Part shown: piece by piece, positions 1 to 10,000 of the stretch | Numbering within the stretch: position 1 is the first letter of the stretch | How the letters are laid out: each line of letters starts with the position of its first letter | NCBI GenBank assembly: GCA_965228855.1 | Contig: CBDDIJ010000002.1 | Span: 2,112,001-2,176,000, forward strand | Reading direction: 5' to 3' | Length of the DNA: 64,000 nucleotides | Source: Candidatus Obscuribacterales bacterium | Lineage (GTDB): Bacteria > Cyanobacteriota > Vampirovibrionia > Obscuribacterales > Obscuribacteraceae | Notes under the pieces: generated by a model | Told to the model about the DNA's origin: nothing | The model's input: only the letters and a program-made list of their open reading frames with translations | Databases searched by the model: none | Position numbers and translations under genes: made by a program

Positions 1-1509
1 GACGGCTTCGTGAGTCGAAGCGGCCTTATGCGCATCTTTGAGGAGAGCGGGATTCTTGATGATGATCCGCGCGCGAAAAAAATAATTGCTGCGATCAACA
101 AATCCGAAGACAAGATATCGGAAGAGGCTTTTCATGCGATTGTCGACTTATCGCCGACGCTATTCGAACAGGTTCTCGATGGAAGTCTCGTTATTCCGCA
201 TTTCAAAACCTTTTGCGCGGAACTTACTACCATCTTTGATGAGATCAATGAAAACCGCGGAGGGAGCTTACCGACGTACATTCCGCAACTGGAACGTGTT
301 GATCCTGACAAATTTGGTTTCTCAATCTGCACGGTTGACGGTCAACGTTTTTCGATTGGTGATAGTGATGAATATTTCTGCGTCCAATCATGTTCGAAAC
401 CGATAACATATTGTATTGCGCTTGAGGAAGTGGGTGAGAACACCCTTCATCAGTACGTCGGGCGAGAGCCAAGCGGTAAGACGTTCAACGATCTTACTTT
501 GAACTCGTGGGGGTTGCCCCATAATCCAATGATCAATGCCGGTGCCATCATGTGTGGTGCCTTGATCAAGCGCAAGAGTCCTTCTGATCGTTTCGACTTC
601 GTGATGGAGAAGTGGAAGGAAGCTGCAGGTGGTGCCAAGATTGGTTTCAACAATGCGGTCTATCTGTCGGAGCGACAAACTGCCGATCGCAACTTTGCTC
701 TCGGGTATTTTATGCGTGAGAAAAAGGCATTCCCGCCCGATGTCGAATTGCTTGATGTTCTCGAGTTTTACTTTCAATGCTGTTCTATCGACATAACGAC
801 TAAGGGTATGGCTACTATTGCAGCGACGTTGGCGAACGGCGGCACTTGTCCATTGACGGGCGCTCAAGTCTTCAGACCGGACCATGTGAAGCATTGCCTG
901 TCGCTCATGCTCTCTTGCGGTATGTATGATTTCTCAGGCGAGTTTGCTTTTGTTGTTGGTGTGCCTGCAAAAAGTGGCGTGTCCGGTGCGGTATTGCTGG
1001 TGGTGCCGAACGTATGTGGTATGGCTATCTGGTCTCCGCGCCTGGATGAGCTGGGTAACAGCGTCCGGGGCGTCGAGTTTTGTAAGCGAATAGTCAGTAA
1101 GTTCAAGTTCCACGCATTTGACAGTATGCTCGGATTGCGCGATAACAGAATCGATCCTCGCCGAGATCTTTACGAGGCTCGGTTGTCGGGAGCGTTCGCA
1201 TTTTGCTGGGCAGCAGCGCAGGGTGACGTGGCTGAGATGCGTCGGCTGGTCGCACGTGGCGTCAGTCCGACGGTTTCCGATTATGACGGGAGAACGGCTC
1301 TCCATCTAGCTGCAAGTGAGGCTCAGTTTGAAGCGTTGCGTTACTTGTTGCAGCTGAGCAAAGATGTGAATCCGCTTGATAGATGGGGCAACACGCCTCT
1401 AGACGACGCGATTCGCTGCGGACACGCTACGATTGTTTCTCTTCTGAAAGAGTATGGAGCGAAGAGCCAGAGCGAGTTGCCGAAAGATGCTGACGCTTCG
1501 AAGGTTTAA
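1..1509 (+). CDS. glsA: Glutaminase A with C-terminal ankyrin repeats; probably 5'-truncated by the window edge
   Basis: Catalytic SxxK (QSCSKP), PHNPMINAGAI, CGMYDFSGEFAF and PAKSGVSG motifs; ankyrin motifs DYDGRTALHLAA and DRWGNTPLDDA. The frame is open from base 1. Confidence 0.93.
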   Translation, partial: DGFVSRSGLMRIFEESGILDDDPRAKKIIAAINKSEDKISEEAFHAIVDLSPTLFEQVLDGSLVIPHFKTFCAELTTIFDEINENRGGSLPTYIPQLERVDPDKFGFSICTVDGQRFSIGDSDEYFCVQSCSKPITYCIALEEVGENTLHQYVGREPSGKTFNDLTLNSWGLPHNPMINAGAIMCGALIKRKSPSDRFDFVMEKWKEAAGGAKIGFNNAVYLSERQTADRNFALGYFMREKKAFPPDVELLDVLEFYFQCCSIDITTKGMATIAATLANGGTCPLTGAQVFRPDHVKHCLSLMLSCGMYDFSGEFAFVVGVPAKSGVSGAVLLVVPNVCGMAIWSPRLDELGNSVRGVEFCKRIVSKFKFHAFDSMLGLRDNRIDPRRDLYEARLSGAFAFCWAAAQGDVAEMRRLVARGVSPTVSDYDGRTALHLAASEAQFEALRYLLQLSKDVNPLDRWGNTPLDDAIRCGHATIVSLLKEYGAKSQSELPKDADASKV

Positions 1510-1561
1510 AGACTGAACCGCGCCGCGAGAAACGGTATGCTTTAGATGTTGGTTTTGCAAG

Positions 1562-2437
1562 GTGTCAAAAGTGAAATTTGGTGATTTTGAGCTATCGATA
1601 GTTCGTGAGTGCATGTTCAGCCTGGACGGTGGTGCGATGTTCGGCGTTGTGCCGAAGACGCTTTGGAACAAGCTGCTGCCGGCCGATGATGAAAACCGCT
1701 GCCGCATGGCTTGCAATTTACTTTTGGTTGAAACACCTAATGGGCGTGTGCTTGTGGAAACCGGCATGGGCGACCGCTGGACCGAGCAAGAGATGCAGCG
1801 CTACGGGCACGAACCGCTGACGAAAACCGAGCGTGTGCTTGAGAGTGTTGGTTTGAAAAACGAGGATGTCGACGCCGTAATCATTTCGCACCTTCACTTC
1901 GATCATGTTGGTGGCGCCGTGCGAAAGATTGATGGCAAGCTGGTTCCGACCTTTCCAAATGCGAAGTATTACATTCAAAAAGGCGAGTGGGAGTTTTCAT
2001 ACAAAGCGAACGCGCGAGCGAAAGCAAGTTATCGTCCGGATGACTATGAACCGCTAGAAGCCGCTGGACAAGTGGTTCTCGTCGATGGTGATCGCGAAGT
2101 TATGCCCGGCGTTTTTGTCAGAGTGACAGGTGGACATACCAGTCACCACCAGGTTGTTTATTTCGAATCACAGGGTGAGAAGGGCGTCTATTTTGCCGAT
2201 ATCGTTCCTACTAAAAGCCATATCCAGCCTGCCTGGGTCATGGGCTACGACCATTTTCCGCTGGCGTCCTATGATATCAAATCGGATTGGCTGGGGCGCG
2301 CTGCTCGTGAGAACTGGCTTGTCGTATTCGACCATGAGCCGGGCGTTCCCTGGGGACGGCTCTCGATTAATGAGAAGAAGCGGTTTGAGTTTCAGGCCTT
2401 GAGTGAAGACACTTTGAAACTACCGATTGCACGCTGA
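1562..2437 (+). CDS. MBL-fold metallo-hydrolase (YtnP-like)
   Basis: LDGGAMFGVVPK motif, SHLHFDHVGG (HxHxDH), GHTSHHQ, terminal DHE. Confidence 0.88.
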   Translation: MSKVKFGDFELSIVRECMFSLDGGAMFGVVPKTLWNKLLPADDENRCRMACNLLLVETPNGRVLVETGMGDRWTEQEMQRYGHEPLTKTERVLESVGLKNEDVDAVIISHLHFDHVGGAVRKIDGKLVPTFPNAKYYIQKGEWEFSYKANARAKASYRPDDYEPLEAAGQVVLVDGDREVMPGVFVRVTGGHTSHHQVVYFESQGEKGVYFADIVPTKSHIQPAWVMGYDHFPLASYDIKSDWLGRAARENWLVVFDHEPGVPWGRLSINEKKRFEFQALSEDTLKLPIAR

Positions 2438-2608
2438 GCTAAATCTTACAAACTTCATACGATGGCTCCCTCTAATTTCCCGGGGTATCGAGTAAACCTT
2501 GTAAGCGCAAGGGCTCTTCCTGTCTATCTCTTGCGCTCCCCTTTTTTACTAAGCAGAGATCCGGCGCAGATGATAGGCTGAAAAAAGACCCCTCTGCGAG
2601 GAGCCGCA

Positions 2609-3214
2609 ATGACTGACACGCCGCCATTTGCCCGTTCACCGATCGACTTCACAGATAAAGATAAAGTCAAGGTCGTACTGAAAGACCTGTCGAACGACGA
2701 GTTCCTGAGGTTGATGGAAGGGTCATCGCCTGAGGAGCTGCAACTGCTTTTGCAGACTGCGGAATCCCAGTATCCCGCTGGGAAAACTTTCCACTTTGGT
2801 GGTTCTCAATCTCTGTTACAGCTGGTTCCACGCCAGTTTCAGGGGATGTTCAGCGTCGCTCGGTATCAGGGACGAACCGCCATGGACGTGATTCGCTGGT
2901 GGGAGGCTCGCCGCCTCGCCTACAACGCGATTCTTGCCGTTATTGGCGTGTTCGCAATGGTGCTGTTTCACGCGCTTGGATTCGCGCCCTTCCACTCTCT
3001 GGTATTGCCGGCGATTGCATACGGCATTATGGCTAACATCTGTTACAGCGCCGGGTGGATGGCGGAAATCTACGCGCGTCTATTCTTCGGAGAGAAAACT
3101 GAAAATTTCGGTCCAAGCTTGTTTTTGCTCGGTTTAACCTTTTCGATGTTGTTGACTGCGCTTCCTTCGGTACTCGCCGTAATCGCTTTTGTGCTAAACC
3201 GTTTGGTCGGTTAG
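2609..3214 (+). CDS. Hypothetical membrane protein
   Basis: GAGGAG RBS upstream; three hydrophobic segments; WWEARRLAYN and ANICY motifs. Confidence 0.7.
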   Translation: MTDTPPFARSPIDFTDKDKVKVVLKDLSNDEFLRLMEGSSPEELQLLLQTAESQYPAGKTFHFGGSQSLLQLVPRQFQGMFSVARYQGRTAMDVIRWWEARRLAYNAILAVIGVFAMVLFHALGFAPFHSLVLPAIAYGIMANICYSAGWMAEIYARLFFGEKTENFGPSLFLLGLTFSMLLTALPSVLAVIAFVLNRLVG

Positions 3215-3266
3215 GCTGGCAATAGCATAAAATAAAGCGGTACGTAACTATCGAGAGACTCGCCCA

Positions 3267-4676
3267 ATGGACGAAACGAACCAGCGACTGGCGGACCGAA
3301 TTCGCAATTTTATGCATATGCACCCGCAGCATCATAAGGAGGTCTCTGCGCCGCCGATGCCTTCGCCTCAGGAGCTGACCTTTACTCGTGGCGAGCTGGG
3401 TAAGACTCTGCACAGCATCAAGCGCAATCAGGAAGCTCTGCAAACTGCGGTGGCTAATGCGCGCTCGCGATCTGAGACTGCAAAGTTTCGGTTCACTAAC
3501 CTCCAGAGATTTGGTCGAGGTTCTCTTGCATATTCCTCTCTGCAAGAGGGTCTGCAGTACTTTATGCACGAGTTGGGTTATGTGGCTTACGTGCAATTGA
3601 AGGACAGCAAAGACTCGGTTGTTGTGCTTGCAGACCCAATCTGCGAGCCGGGTAAGCGTCGAGAGTTTATCAACGCATTTCTCCAGCATAAAAACGATCC
3701 GGTCTTTCTGCATATCACGCATGAAACCGGAGTCGTGCTCAATGAGTTAGGTTTTCGCGTAAATGAATTAGGCGTTGAAACCATTATTGATATTCAAGAT
3801 TTCGATTTGGTTGGAAACAAAAAACAGCAATTGCGCCAGGCTAGAAACAACGCCAAGAAAGACAATCTGGAAATCTTAGAGCTTGAAAAAATCGATAATG
3901 CGACGTTGAAGGCTTTCAAAAAAATCAGCGAAGACTGGATGGGCGGAAAGGTTTCCAGCGACAGCGAGATGCGGTTTATCGTGCGTCCGATGCTTTTAAT
4001 TGACGAGCTTGACGTGCGAAAATTCGTCGCAAAATATGAGGGCGAAATTGTCGCGTTCGTAATCTTTGATCCGATGTATCAAGATGGTCAGGTTATTGGA
4101 TACATCGCTAATCATCTGCGATCCAACTTCAAGCGTTCCTATTCGATTGTTGATTGCATCATTCTCGATGCGATGGAAAAATTCAAGGCTGAAGGAAAGC
4201 GTGAGCTTTCACTGGGGCTCTCGCCGCTTGCCAAAGTCGATGACACGGGCGAGTTTAAACACAGTAAGTTGTTAACGGCGCACTTCCAATACGCGTTTGA
4301 GAAGGCAAACTATCTGTACAACTTCAAGAATCTCGCGCAGCACAAATTAAAATATCGACCAGGCATGCGCGGTGCTCGCGAGGAGAAAGTTTATTGCGCG
4401 ATGAAGACGCGCCTCTTCTTGATTCGGTTGAACTCTGTCTATAAGGTTTTGGGATTGAAACCACTTCCACGTGCGATTGCTCGACATGTTGGCGCCCAAG
4501 TTGCTGAGTGGGTCAAGGGCAAGGTCAGGCGCTGTTTCGATGCTGGAGAATGCGAAGTGCATTCTTCCCATGAGCATAAAGATTGCGAAGCGAAGTCAGA
4601 AGCCGATGATGTTGGTAGCCGCGCACACTCCAAGCTTGAGACTCGAGAGCGCGACTGTGAGAAAGGTAAGAGCTGA
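3267..4676 (+). CDS. Stand-alone aminoacyl-phosphatidylglycerol synthase catalytic-domain protein (MprF C-terminal/DUF2156-like)
   Basis: VLADPIC, LGVETIIDIQDFDLVGNKKQQLRQARN, LSLGLSPLA and YNFKNLAQHKLKY match the LPG-synthase C-terminal pattern; no membrane flippase domain. Confidence 0.75.
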   Translation: MDETNQRLADRIRNFMHMHPQHHKEVSAPPMPSPQELTFTRGELGKTLHSIKRNQEALQTAVANARSRSETAKFRFTNLQRFGRGSLAYSSLQEGLQYFMHELGYVAYVQLKDSKDSVVVLADPICEPGKRREFINAFLQHKNDPVFLHITHETGVVLNELGFRVNELGVETIIDIQDFDLVGNKKQQLRQARNNAKKDNLEILELEKIDNATLKAFKKISEDWMGGKVSSDSEMRFIVRPMLLIDELDVRKFVAKYEGEIVAFVIFDPMYQDGQVIGYIANHLRSNFKRSYSIVDCIILDAMEKFKAEGKRELSLGLSPLAKVDDTGEFKHSKLLTAHFQYAFEKANYLYNFKNLAQHKLKYRPGMRGAREEKVYCAMKTRLFLIRLNSVYKVLGLKPLPRAIARHVGAQVAEWVKGKVRRCFDAGECEVHSSHEHKDCEAKSEADDVGSRAHSKLETRERDCEKGKS

Positions 4677-4678
4677 CG

Positions 4679-5560
4679 GTGGGGACAATTCACACAACGG
4701 TTCGCGATAGCCTCTACGTCGATCTCTCCGATGGGAGGAGAATGGGCTTTGCGGAATACGGTCATCCTCGAGGCAATCCGATTTTATATTTTCATGGTGG
4801 CATGAGCTGTCGTCTCGATATAGCTTGGGCGGCGGATCGGTTTGCATCCAAGGGGTTAAAGGTGATAGCTCCCGATCGTCCGGGAATCGGGCTTTCTGAC
4901 CCGAGTTCCGAATGCAGTCTTCTTGATTGGGCTGCGGACGTCGAAGAATTGATGGACGCGCTCAGGCTCGATGAAATTCCCCTGTTCGGATGGTCGTTAG
5001 GAACTCCGTACGTGTTTGCGTGTGCGCATTCTTTGCCGGCGCGCTTCAGCAAAATTGCGAGTGTGGGCAGCTGCAGCACTTTTGATTCGCCTGAGTATGT
5101 CCAAGAATTCGGTCTTTTTCTCGATCGTTTTTTGATAACATGCCCGCCGAACTTTCGATGGCTCGCAAAAATGCTTTTGAGCGTTTCCACAAAAGCGCCC
5201 GCTCATATGATGAAGGGACTTCTGGAAAGTGAGGTTACGCGCTCGCCGTCAGATTTAGCAACGATACGCGCGCTTTCCATGCGCGAGGCTACTGATTTTA
5301 TTTATGGGTCTGTCTATCAGGGACCAGATGGAGTCATCGATGACTACTGGGCTGTGCGTGAACCCTGGGGGTTTTCTCTCACCGACATTGGTGTCGAGTT
5401 ACTTCTGTATCATGGCGAGGAAGATATTATCGCTCCAATCTCAGGCGCTGCAAGATTGTCTGAGCTTATACCGGGAGCGCGCCTCACCACTTTTCCGAAA
5501 GCCGGTCACTTCCTGCTCCATACAAAATTTGATCAAGTAATCGATTCGCTTGTGAAGTAG
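4679..5560 (+). CDS. Alpha/beta hydrolase
   Basis: YFHGG, PDRPGIGLS, GWSLG nucleophile elbow, HGEED, AGHF. Confidence 0.9.
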   Translation: MGTIHTTVRDSLYVDLSDGRRMGFAEYGHPRGNPILYFHGGMSCRLDIAWAADRFASKGLKVIAPDRPGIGLSDPSSECSLLDWAADVEELMDALRLDEIPLFGWSLGTPYVFACAHSLPARFSKIASVGSCSTFDSPEYVQEFGLFLDRFLITCPPNFRWLAKMLLSVSTKAPAHMMKGLLESEVTRSPSDLATIRALSMREATDFIYGSVYQGPDGVIDDYWAVREPWGFSLTDIGVELLLYHGEEDIIAPISGAARLSELIPGARLTTFPKAGHFLLHTKFDQVIDSLVK

Positions 5561-5623
5561 CTGATTTTGTCTTTCGGTTAGCGTTTCAATCGTGCCAATT
5601 GACGAGACTTTGGATTGGTCGTT

Positions 5624-6751
5624 TTACGCGTTGCCGTCTTTGTAGGCATTGTGCAATTGCCCGCAGGCCGCGTCAATATCGGTGCCGCGCTCCAATCTGA
5701 TGGTCACTGTCTTTCCAGAGCGCTCCGCTAATTCTTTGAATCGAAGTTGAGCATCGCGCGACGGGCGACCATAGTAAGCGGTGCCGTCTTCTGCGTAGGT
5801 CGGATTGTATGGTATCAGGTTGATGTTGCAATGCAGATCGCGAACCAGGTCGGCAAGCTGCTTGGCCTGGTCCGGTCGATCGGTTACGTCTTTCAAAAGC
5901 ACATACTCGATTGTTACACGACGTCCAGTGGTATCAACATAATCGCGGAGAGCATCAATCAAATCCGGAATCGGCCACTTCTTGGTGATCGGCACTACCT
6001 CCTCTCTCGTTTCCTTGTCCGGCGCATGCAGAGAGAGCGCGAGCGTTACTGGAAGGTTGACTTCGCGCAGGCGCTCGATACCAGGGATGATACCGGAGGT
6101 GGAAACGGTAATATGCCGACCGCCGATTCCAACCGAATTTATCATTGTGTTAATCGACTGAACAACATTCTCCGTGTTCAGCAGCGGTTCGCCCTGACCC
6201 ATGTAGACCAGGTTCGCCACTCGTTTTCCCGATTCTCGCTGGATTGATAAAACTTGATCGACGATTTCCTGCGAACTTAAATTTCTCATGAAACCGAGAT
6301 AGCCGGTCGCGCAAAATGTGCAGCCCACCGCGCAACCGACCTGGCTGGATACGCAAGCGGAGAGCGTGTCTCTGTCCTGAAAGCACATAAGAACGGACTC
6401 TACGAGCTTTCCATCGGGCAGGCGAAACAGATACTTGCGCGTTCCATCTTTGCTGACTTTTAGCGTTGCGATTTCAAGAGCCGAGATGCATGCCACCTCT
6501 TTGAGTTTCTCGCGAAATTCCGCTGAGAGGTTTGTCATCTCATCAAACGATTTTGCCCACTTCGCGTAAATCCAACTATGAATTTGATCGGCCCGAAAAG
6601 CTTTCTCTCCGAGCCCTTTGACGAATTCTTTCATTTCGTCGAGTGTAAGCCCCGACAGCGCAATTCGCCCGCTGCTGTCACGCAGCGGTTCTTTCACTTT
6701 GCTTTCGGATTCGTTCTGCTTGGTCAAATTCACTACCTGTCTCGGTTTCAA
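5624..6751 (-). CDS. rlmN: 23S rRNA/tRNA m2A methyltransferase RlmN
   Basis: SSQVGCAVGCTFC radical SAM motif, MGQGEP, DIDAACGQL. Confidence 0.96.
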   Translation of the reverse strand: MKPRQVVNLTKQNESESKVKEPLRDSSGRIALSGLTLDEMKEFVKGLGEKAFRADQIHSWIYAKWAKSFDEMTNLSAEFREKLKEVACISALEIATLKVSKDGTRKYLFRLPDGKLVESVLMCFQDRDTLSACVSSQVGCAVGCTFCATGYLGFMRNLSSQEIVDQVLSIQRESGKRVANLVYMGQGEPLLNTENVVQSINTMINSVGIGGRHITVSTSGIIPGIERLREVNLPVTLALSLHAPDKETREEVVPITKKWPIPDLIDALRDYVDTTGRRVTIEYVLLKDVTDRPDQAKQLADLVRDLHCNINLIPYNPTYAEDGTAYYGRPSRDAQLRFKELAERSGKTVTIRLERGTDIDAACGQLHNAYKDGNA

Positions 6752-7092
6752 TGCCGATTCGTCGATCGGCTCGAGCGGTTCAGTTGGACAAAATTGGTTT
6801 AAACCCTGATTATTACCGTCTCATGATAAGCCAACCTACTGACTTCAATCCATTTCTGTTGCGTAACTTTACCGACCAATCGGCGGGCGTGCACCCTGCA
6901 TTCGCGACTGCACGTACCAAAAACGCAATACCAGCAGCCCTTTATGCCATATGTAAGAAGAGCCAATGATAAAATTGGTCCTTTCTTTTCTGAATGTTTT
7001 TAGTGCCAAGGGCGCCCCAGCGGATTAATGCGCGCTAAGATACGGTTTTAGAGAAAAAGTGCTTTAGGTTAGACCTTTGGGGGAACCATCGG

Positions 7093-10000
7093 ATGGATTG
7101 GGATGAGCGGGGAAGACAATGGCTTCGGGGTCTCTTTGGAGATACCAACGAGAAACGGCTGAAGCAACTGCAGCCCATTCTTGAGCGCGCCAACATGTTG
7201 GAGCCCGAGATACAGCGACTCTCAGAAGACGATCTGAAGCGCAAGACCGTTGAGTTCCGCACCAAGATCGACAATGCTATGCGTGAGACACCGGACGTCA
7301 AGCTGATTCCGGACGACGCTCCCAAAATGCCCGGTCATATTAGGACGAAAAAGGACGAAGTCCTCGGGCAGATCCTCGAAGAAATTATGCCTGAGGCGTT
7401 CGCCGTGTGCCGCGCTGCGTCAATGAATGTACTGGGCATGCGCCACTTCGATGTGCAGTTGCTTGGCGGAGCCGCGCTGCACTTCAATAAAATTTCCGAA
7501 ATGCGTACTGGTGAAGGTAAGACGCTCGTTGCAACTCTTCCTGTTTATCTAAACGGTTTGACCGGCCGCGGCGTTCACGTCGTCACCGTTAATGATTACC
7601 TCGCTCGTCGTGACTCTGAATGGATGGGCTTGTTGTACCGATATCTTGGTCTCACCACCGGTCTGGTCTATAGCCATCAGCCCGACTGGGAAAAGAAGGC
7701 CGCGTATGCAACTGATATCACATACGGTACCAACCATGAATTCGGTTTCGACTACCTGCGCGACAACATGCGCACCAGCCTCGATGACCTCGTTCAACGT
7801 CCTTATTACTTCGCGATTGTTGACGAAGTCGATAACATCCTGATCGACGAAGCGAGAACACCGCTTATCATCTCTGGCGCTCCAGCCGAGTCTTACACTG
7901 AGATTTATAAACGCATGGCGCAACTCGCTCCATTGATGGAGCGTGGTCGCGACAAGGATGATGAAGATTGCGACTACTTCGTGGACGAGAAGGCGAGGAA
8001 CGTTCTTGTCACCGAGCGTGGTGTCATAAACGCCGAGAAGCTGCTCGGAGTCAACGACCTCTGGGACATGCACTTCAACTTCCACCACTACCTCGTCCAG
8101 GCTCTCAAAGCTAAGGAGCTGTTCCAACTCGACAAAGAGTATGTGGTGGCGCCAAACGAAGAAGGACAAATGGAAGTCGTCATCGTTGACGAATTTACCG
8201 GTCGTATGATGCAAGGTCGTCGCTGGAGCGATGGTCTGCACCAGGCTGTTGAAGCGAAGGAAGGCGTTGCGATCCAAGAAGAGACGATGACTTATGCGTC
8301 TATCACGTATCAAAACCTTTTCCGCCTATATCCGAAGCTGGCTGGAATGACCGGTACGGCTATGACTGAAGCGGCTGAATTCAACAAGATCTACAACCTT
8401 GATGTTGTTGCGATTCCTACGAACAAAAACTCGATTCGGACAGACAAATCAGACGTCATCTACAAGACTGAGCGGCAGAAATACTTCTCGTGCGTAGAAG
8501 AAATCGTCGAGATGCACGAACTCGGCCGTCCAGTATTGGTGGGTACTGTCAGTATCGAGAAGTCGGAACTGATCGCTGACCTGCTCCGCACTCCGCACAA
8601 GATGAGCGAATACCTCGTCTCTAAAATCACAAAGGCTGCCGACTACATCAAGAACCGCGACCTCAGCGGTGATGCAATTGCCTCCTTGAAGAAGATCTTC
8701 GAGAGACCAGGCGCGGTCGACCCTGTCAAGCTTGAATCCGCTATCAAGGAAATCGAGAAAGACTTTCCGAAGAAGCATGAAGAGCTAATAGAGCGTCTCT
8801 ACTCGATCCATGTGACGGCACAGGTTGTTGCTTCCATCAGAAAGGGAATTCCGTTCAACGTGCTCAATGCCAAGCTGCACGAGAAGGAAGCCATGATCGT
8901 TGCTCAGGCTGGTCGAAAGGGTGCTGTGACGGTCGCAACCAACATGGCAGGTCGTGGTACCGACATCCTTCTAGGTGGCAACCCCGAATACCTGGCGAAG
9001 GAAGAGCTTAAAAAGCAAGGAATGGATGACGTGGAGTCGCCGGAGTATCAGGTGAAGCTCAAGGAATTGACTAAGAAGTTCAAGGCCGAAATTACCGAGA
9101 AAGAGCATGACGAGGTCGTCGCGTTAGGTGGTCTGCACATCCTCGGTACCGAGCGCCACGAGTCCCGTCGTATCGACAACCAGCTCCGCGGTCGCGCAGG
9201 CCGTCAGGGAGACCCTGGTTCCGCCCGCTTCTTCCTGTCGCTGGAAGATCAGCTGATGCGAATATTCGGCGGCGAGAAGATCGCGCAACTCATGGACTTC
9301 ATCGGTGCTGACGAAGAAATGCCGATCGAGCATAAGATGGTGACCAACTCGATCGAAAAGGCGCAGAAGAAGGTCGAAGCGCACCACTTCGACATGCGTA
9401 AGCACGTGTTGCAATACGACGATGTTTTAAACACCCAGCGCGAAGTTATTTATCGCGAACGTCGCCGCATCCTCGAAAATGCGGACTTGCGTGAGAACGT
9501 ACTCGACATGCTTCACGAGCACCTCGACCTGGTTCTCTCCGCTAATCTCGATGCCGAAAGCCCTCCGGAAGTTTGGGAAGAGCAGGGCATGCCGGAGTTG
9601 CTCATCGCATTGGAAAACGATATTCCGATGATGGGTTCGATCACTATGGCCGAACTCGGCGGACTTCACTATGAAGACTTGAGAAAGAAACTGCACGCAG
9701 CAATCGAACAAGCCTACGTAGTGCGTGAAGAAGAAGTCGGTAAAGAGACGCTGCGTGAATTGGAACGTCAGGTTCTTCTTCGCACCATCGACACTAAGTG
9801 GGTCGACTATCTGCATAACATCGACATCCTCAGAGAAGGCGTTGGGCTGCGGGGCTATGGTCAACGTGATCCGCTTCAAGAGTACAAACGCGAAGCGTAC
9901 GACATGTTCAACATGTTGTTGAGAAACATCCAGCAAGAATCGATTCAGCTCATCTTCCGCGCTCAGCCGATGAATCGTCCCGAGCACGGAATGGGTGATA

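Noticed and set aside
8587..8841. Intein in SecA
   Set aside because: Too short, and lacks an N-terminal Cys/Ser and a C-terminal His-Asn followed by Cys/Ser/Thr.
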